Shown: in pieces, positions 61,183 through 64,000 of the stretch
Layout of the letters: each line of letters opens with the position of its first letter
Position numbering within the stretch: position 1 is the first letter of the stretch
NCBI GenBank assembly: GCA_039621445.1
Contig: CP154954.1
Span: forward strand, 35,201,703-35,265,702
Direction: 5' to 3'
Length of the DNA stretch: 64,000 nt
DNA from: Euglena gracilis
Taxonomy: Eukaryota
Position numbers and translations under genes: made by a program
The notes under the pieces: model-generated
What the model saw: the letters and a program-made list of their open reading frames with translations, nothing else
The model's database searches: none
What the model was told of the DNA's origin: nothing

Positions 61183-64000
61183 TTGCAACCAACCTACCGG
61201 CTGCATGTTTTTCTTACCAATAAACCACGACAATCAGGAAACCAACGGGTCCCCTGACTTTGGAGGCCTCCTGGAACACCCATTCGGTTACTCGGAGTAA
61301 GGCCCAATTTGGTCCAGTTTTACATGGTACCCTGGGCTGACCAGGTAAATGTCAACCGGAATGGTCGAATGAACCCATCTAAATCTGCTCATTTCTTGCA
61401 ACCAACATTCCCGCTGCATGTTTTTCTTACCATTAAACCACGACAATCATGAAACCAACGGGTCCCCTGACTTTGGAGGCCTCCTGGAACACCCATTCGG
61501 TTACTCGGAGTAAGGCCCAATTTGTCCAGTTTTACATGGTACCCTGGGCTGACCAGGTAAATGTCGCCCGGAATGGTCGAATGCACCCATCTAAATCTGC
61601 TCATTTCTTGCAACCAACCTTCCGGCTGCATGTTTTTCTTACCATTAAACCACGACAATCATGAAACCAACGGGTCCCCTGACTTTGGAGGCCTCCTGGA
61701 ACACCCATTCGGTTACTCGGAGTAAGGCCCAATTTGGTCCATTTTTACATGGTAACCTGGGCTGACCAGGTAAATGTCCACCGGAATGGTCGAATGCACC
61801 CATCTAAATCTGCTCATTTCTTGCAACCAACATTCCCGCTGCATGTTTTTCTTACCATTAAACCACGACAATCATGAAACCAACGGGTCCCCTGACTTTG
61901 GAGGCCTCCTGGAACACCCATTCCGTAACTCGGAGTAAGGCCCAATTTGGTCCATTTTTACATGGTAACCTGGGCTGACCTGGTAAATGTCCCCCGGAAT
62001 GGTCGAATGCACCCATCTAAATCTGCTCATTTCTTGCAACCAACATTCCCGCTGCATGTTTTTCTTACCATTAAACCACGACAATCATGAAACCAACGGG
62101 TCCCCTGACTTTGGAGGCCTCCTGGAACACCCATTCGGTTACTCGGAGTAAGGCCCAATTTGGTCCATTTTTACATGGTAACCTGGGCTGACCAGGTAAA
62201 TGTCCACCGGAATGGTCGAATGCACCCATCTAAATCTGCTCATTTCTTGCAACCAACATTCCCGCTGCATGTTTTTCTTACCATTAAACCACGACAATCA
62301 TGAAACCAACGGGTCCCCTGACTTTGGAGGCCTCCTGGAACACCCATTCCGTAACTCGGAGTAAGGCCCAATTTGGTCCATTTTTACATGGTAACCTGGG
62401 CTGACCTGGTAAATGTCCCCCGGAATGGTCGAATGCACCCATCTAAATCTGCTCATTTCTTGCAACCAACATTCCCGCTGCATGTTGTTCTTACCATTAA
62501 ACCACGACAATCATGAAACCAACGGGTCCCCTGACTTTGGAGGCCTCCTGGAACACCCATTCGGTTACTCGGAGTAAGGCCCAATTTGGTCCATTTTTAC
62601 ATGGTAACCTGGGCTGACCTGGTAAATGTCTCCCGGAATGGTCGAATGCACCCATCTAAATCTGCTCATTTCAAGCAACCAACCTTCCGGTTGCATGTTT
62701 TTCTTACCATTAAACCACGACAATCATGAAACCAACGGGTCCCCTGACTTTGGAGGCCTCCTGGAACACCCGTTCCGTAAACTCGGAGTAAGGCCCAATT
62801 TGCTCCATTTTTACATGGTAACCTGGGCTGACCTGGTAAATGTCCCCCGGAATGGTCGAATGCACCCATCTAAATCTGCTCATTTCTTGCAACCAACATT
62901 CCCGCTGCATGTTTTTCTTACCATTAAACCACGACAATCATGAAACCAACGGGTCCCCTGGCTTTGGAGGCCTCCTGGAACACCCATTCGGTTACTCGGA
63001 GTAAGGCCCAATTTGGTCCAGTTTTACATGGTAACCTGGGCTGACCTGGTAAATGTCCGCCGGAATGGTCGAATGCACCCATCTAAATCTGCTCATTTCT
63101 TGCAACCAACATGCCCGCTGCATGTTTTTCTTACCATTAAACCACGACAATCATGAAACCAACGGGTCCCCTGACTTTGGAGGCCTCCTCGAACACCCAT
63201 TCGGTTACTCGGAGTTTGGTCCATTTTTACATGGTAACCGGGGCTGACCTGGTAAATGTCCCCCGGAATGGTCGAATGCACCCATCTAAATCTGCTCATT
63301 TCTTGCAACCAACATTCCCGCTGCATGTTTTTCTTACCATTAAACCACGACAATCATGAAACCAACGGGTCCCCTGACTATGGAGGCCTCCTGGAACACC
63401 CATTCGGTTACTCGGAGTAAGGCCCAATTTGGTCCATTTTTACATGGTAACCTGGGCTGACCAGGTAAATGTCCGCCGGAATGGTCGAATGCACCCATCT
63501 TAATCAGCTCATTTCTTGCAACCAACATTCCCGCTGCATGTTTTTCTTACCATTAAACCACGACAATCATGAAACCAACGGGTCCCCTGACCTTGGAGGC
63601 CTCCTCGAACACCCATTCGGTTACTCGGAGTTTGGTCCATTTTTACATGGTAACCGGGGCTGACCTGGTAAATGTCCCCGGGAATGGTCGAATGCACCCA
63701 TCTAAATCTGCTCATTTCTTGCAACCAACCTTCCGGTTGCATGTTTTTCTTGCCATTAAACCACGACAATCATGAAACCAACGGGTCCCCTGACTTTGGA
63801 GGCCTCCTGGAACACCCATTCGGCTACTCGGAGTAAGGCCCAATTTGGTCCATTTTTACATGTTAATTTGGGCTGACCTGGTAAATGTCCCCCGGAATGG
63901 TCGAATGCACCCATCTAAATCTGCTCATTTCCTGCAACCAACCTACCGGCTGCATGTTTTTCTTACCATTAAACCACGACAATCATGAAACCAACGGGTC
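61183..64000 (-). repeat. 213-bp satellite, block E, inverted (~13 monomers, runs off the window)
   Basis: Reverse-complement monomers starting TTGCAACCAACCTACCGGCTGCATG. Confidence 0.97.

Noticed and set aside
1-64000. Numerous 60-140 aa ORFs in the satellite
   Set aside because: They are translations of the same 213-bp monomer (71 codons) on both strands, opened and closed by random SNPs and indels; no protein motif.

Overview
Eukaryotic tandem-repeat (satellite) DNA. About 51 kb of the window is an array of a 213-bp monomer (roughly 240 copies) in five blocks with three orientation switches and local higher-order structure. One 12.7-kb Ty3/gypsy-type LTR retrotransposon sits in the array (14314-27004, minus strand), with 433-bp LTRs, a tRNA-iMet-type PBS and a PPT. 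The element is unusual in several ways. (1) Pol carries a DIRS/Dam-like DNA N6-adenine methyltransferase domain between protease and RT; a frameshift hides it from the ORF track. (2) There is no recognisable integrase; RNase H is followed by a low-complexity linker and a RING-like Cys/His domain. (3) Both ends appear to keep the 2-nt extensions that integrase normally removes, and there is no target-site duplication, which suggests integrase-independent insertion. (4) Gag is very large (~1600 codons reconstructed) and joins Pol through an in-frame UAG followed by a strong hairpin. Several frameshifts and one nonsense codon interrupt the ORFs (decay and/or sequencing error). The host cannot be identified from the sequence. 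All domain calls are by-eye motif recognition, not database searches.
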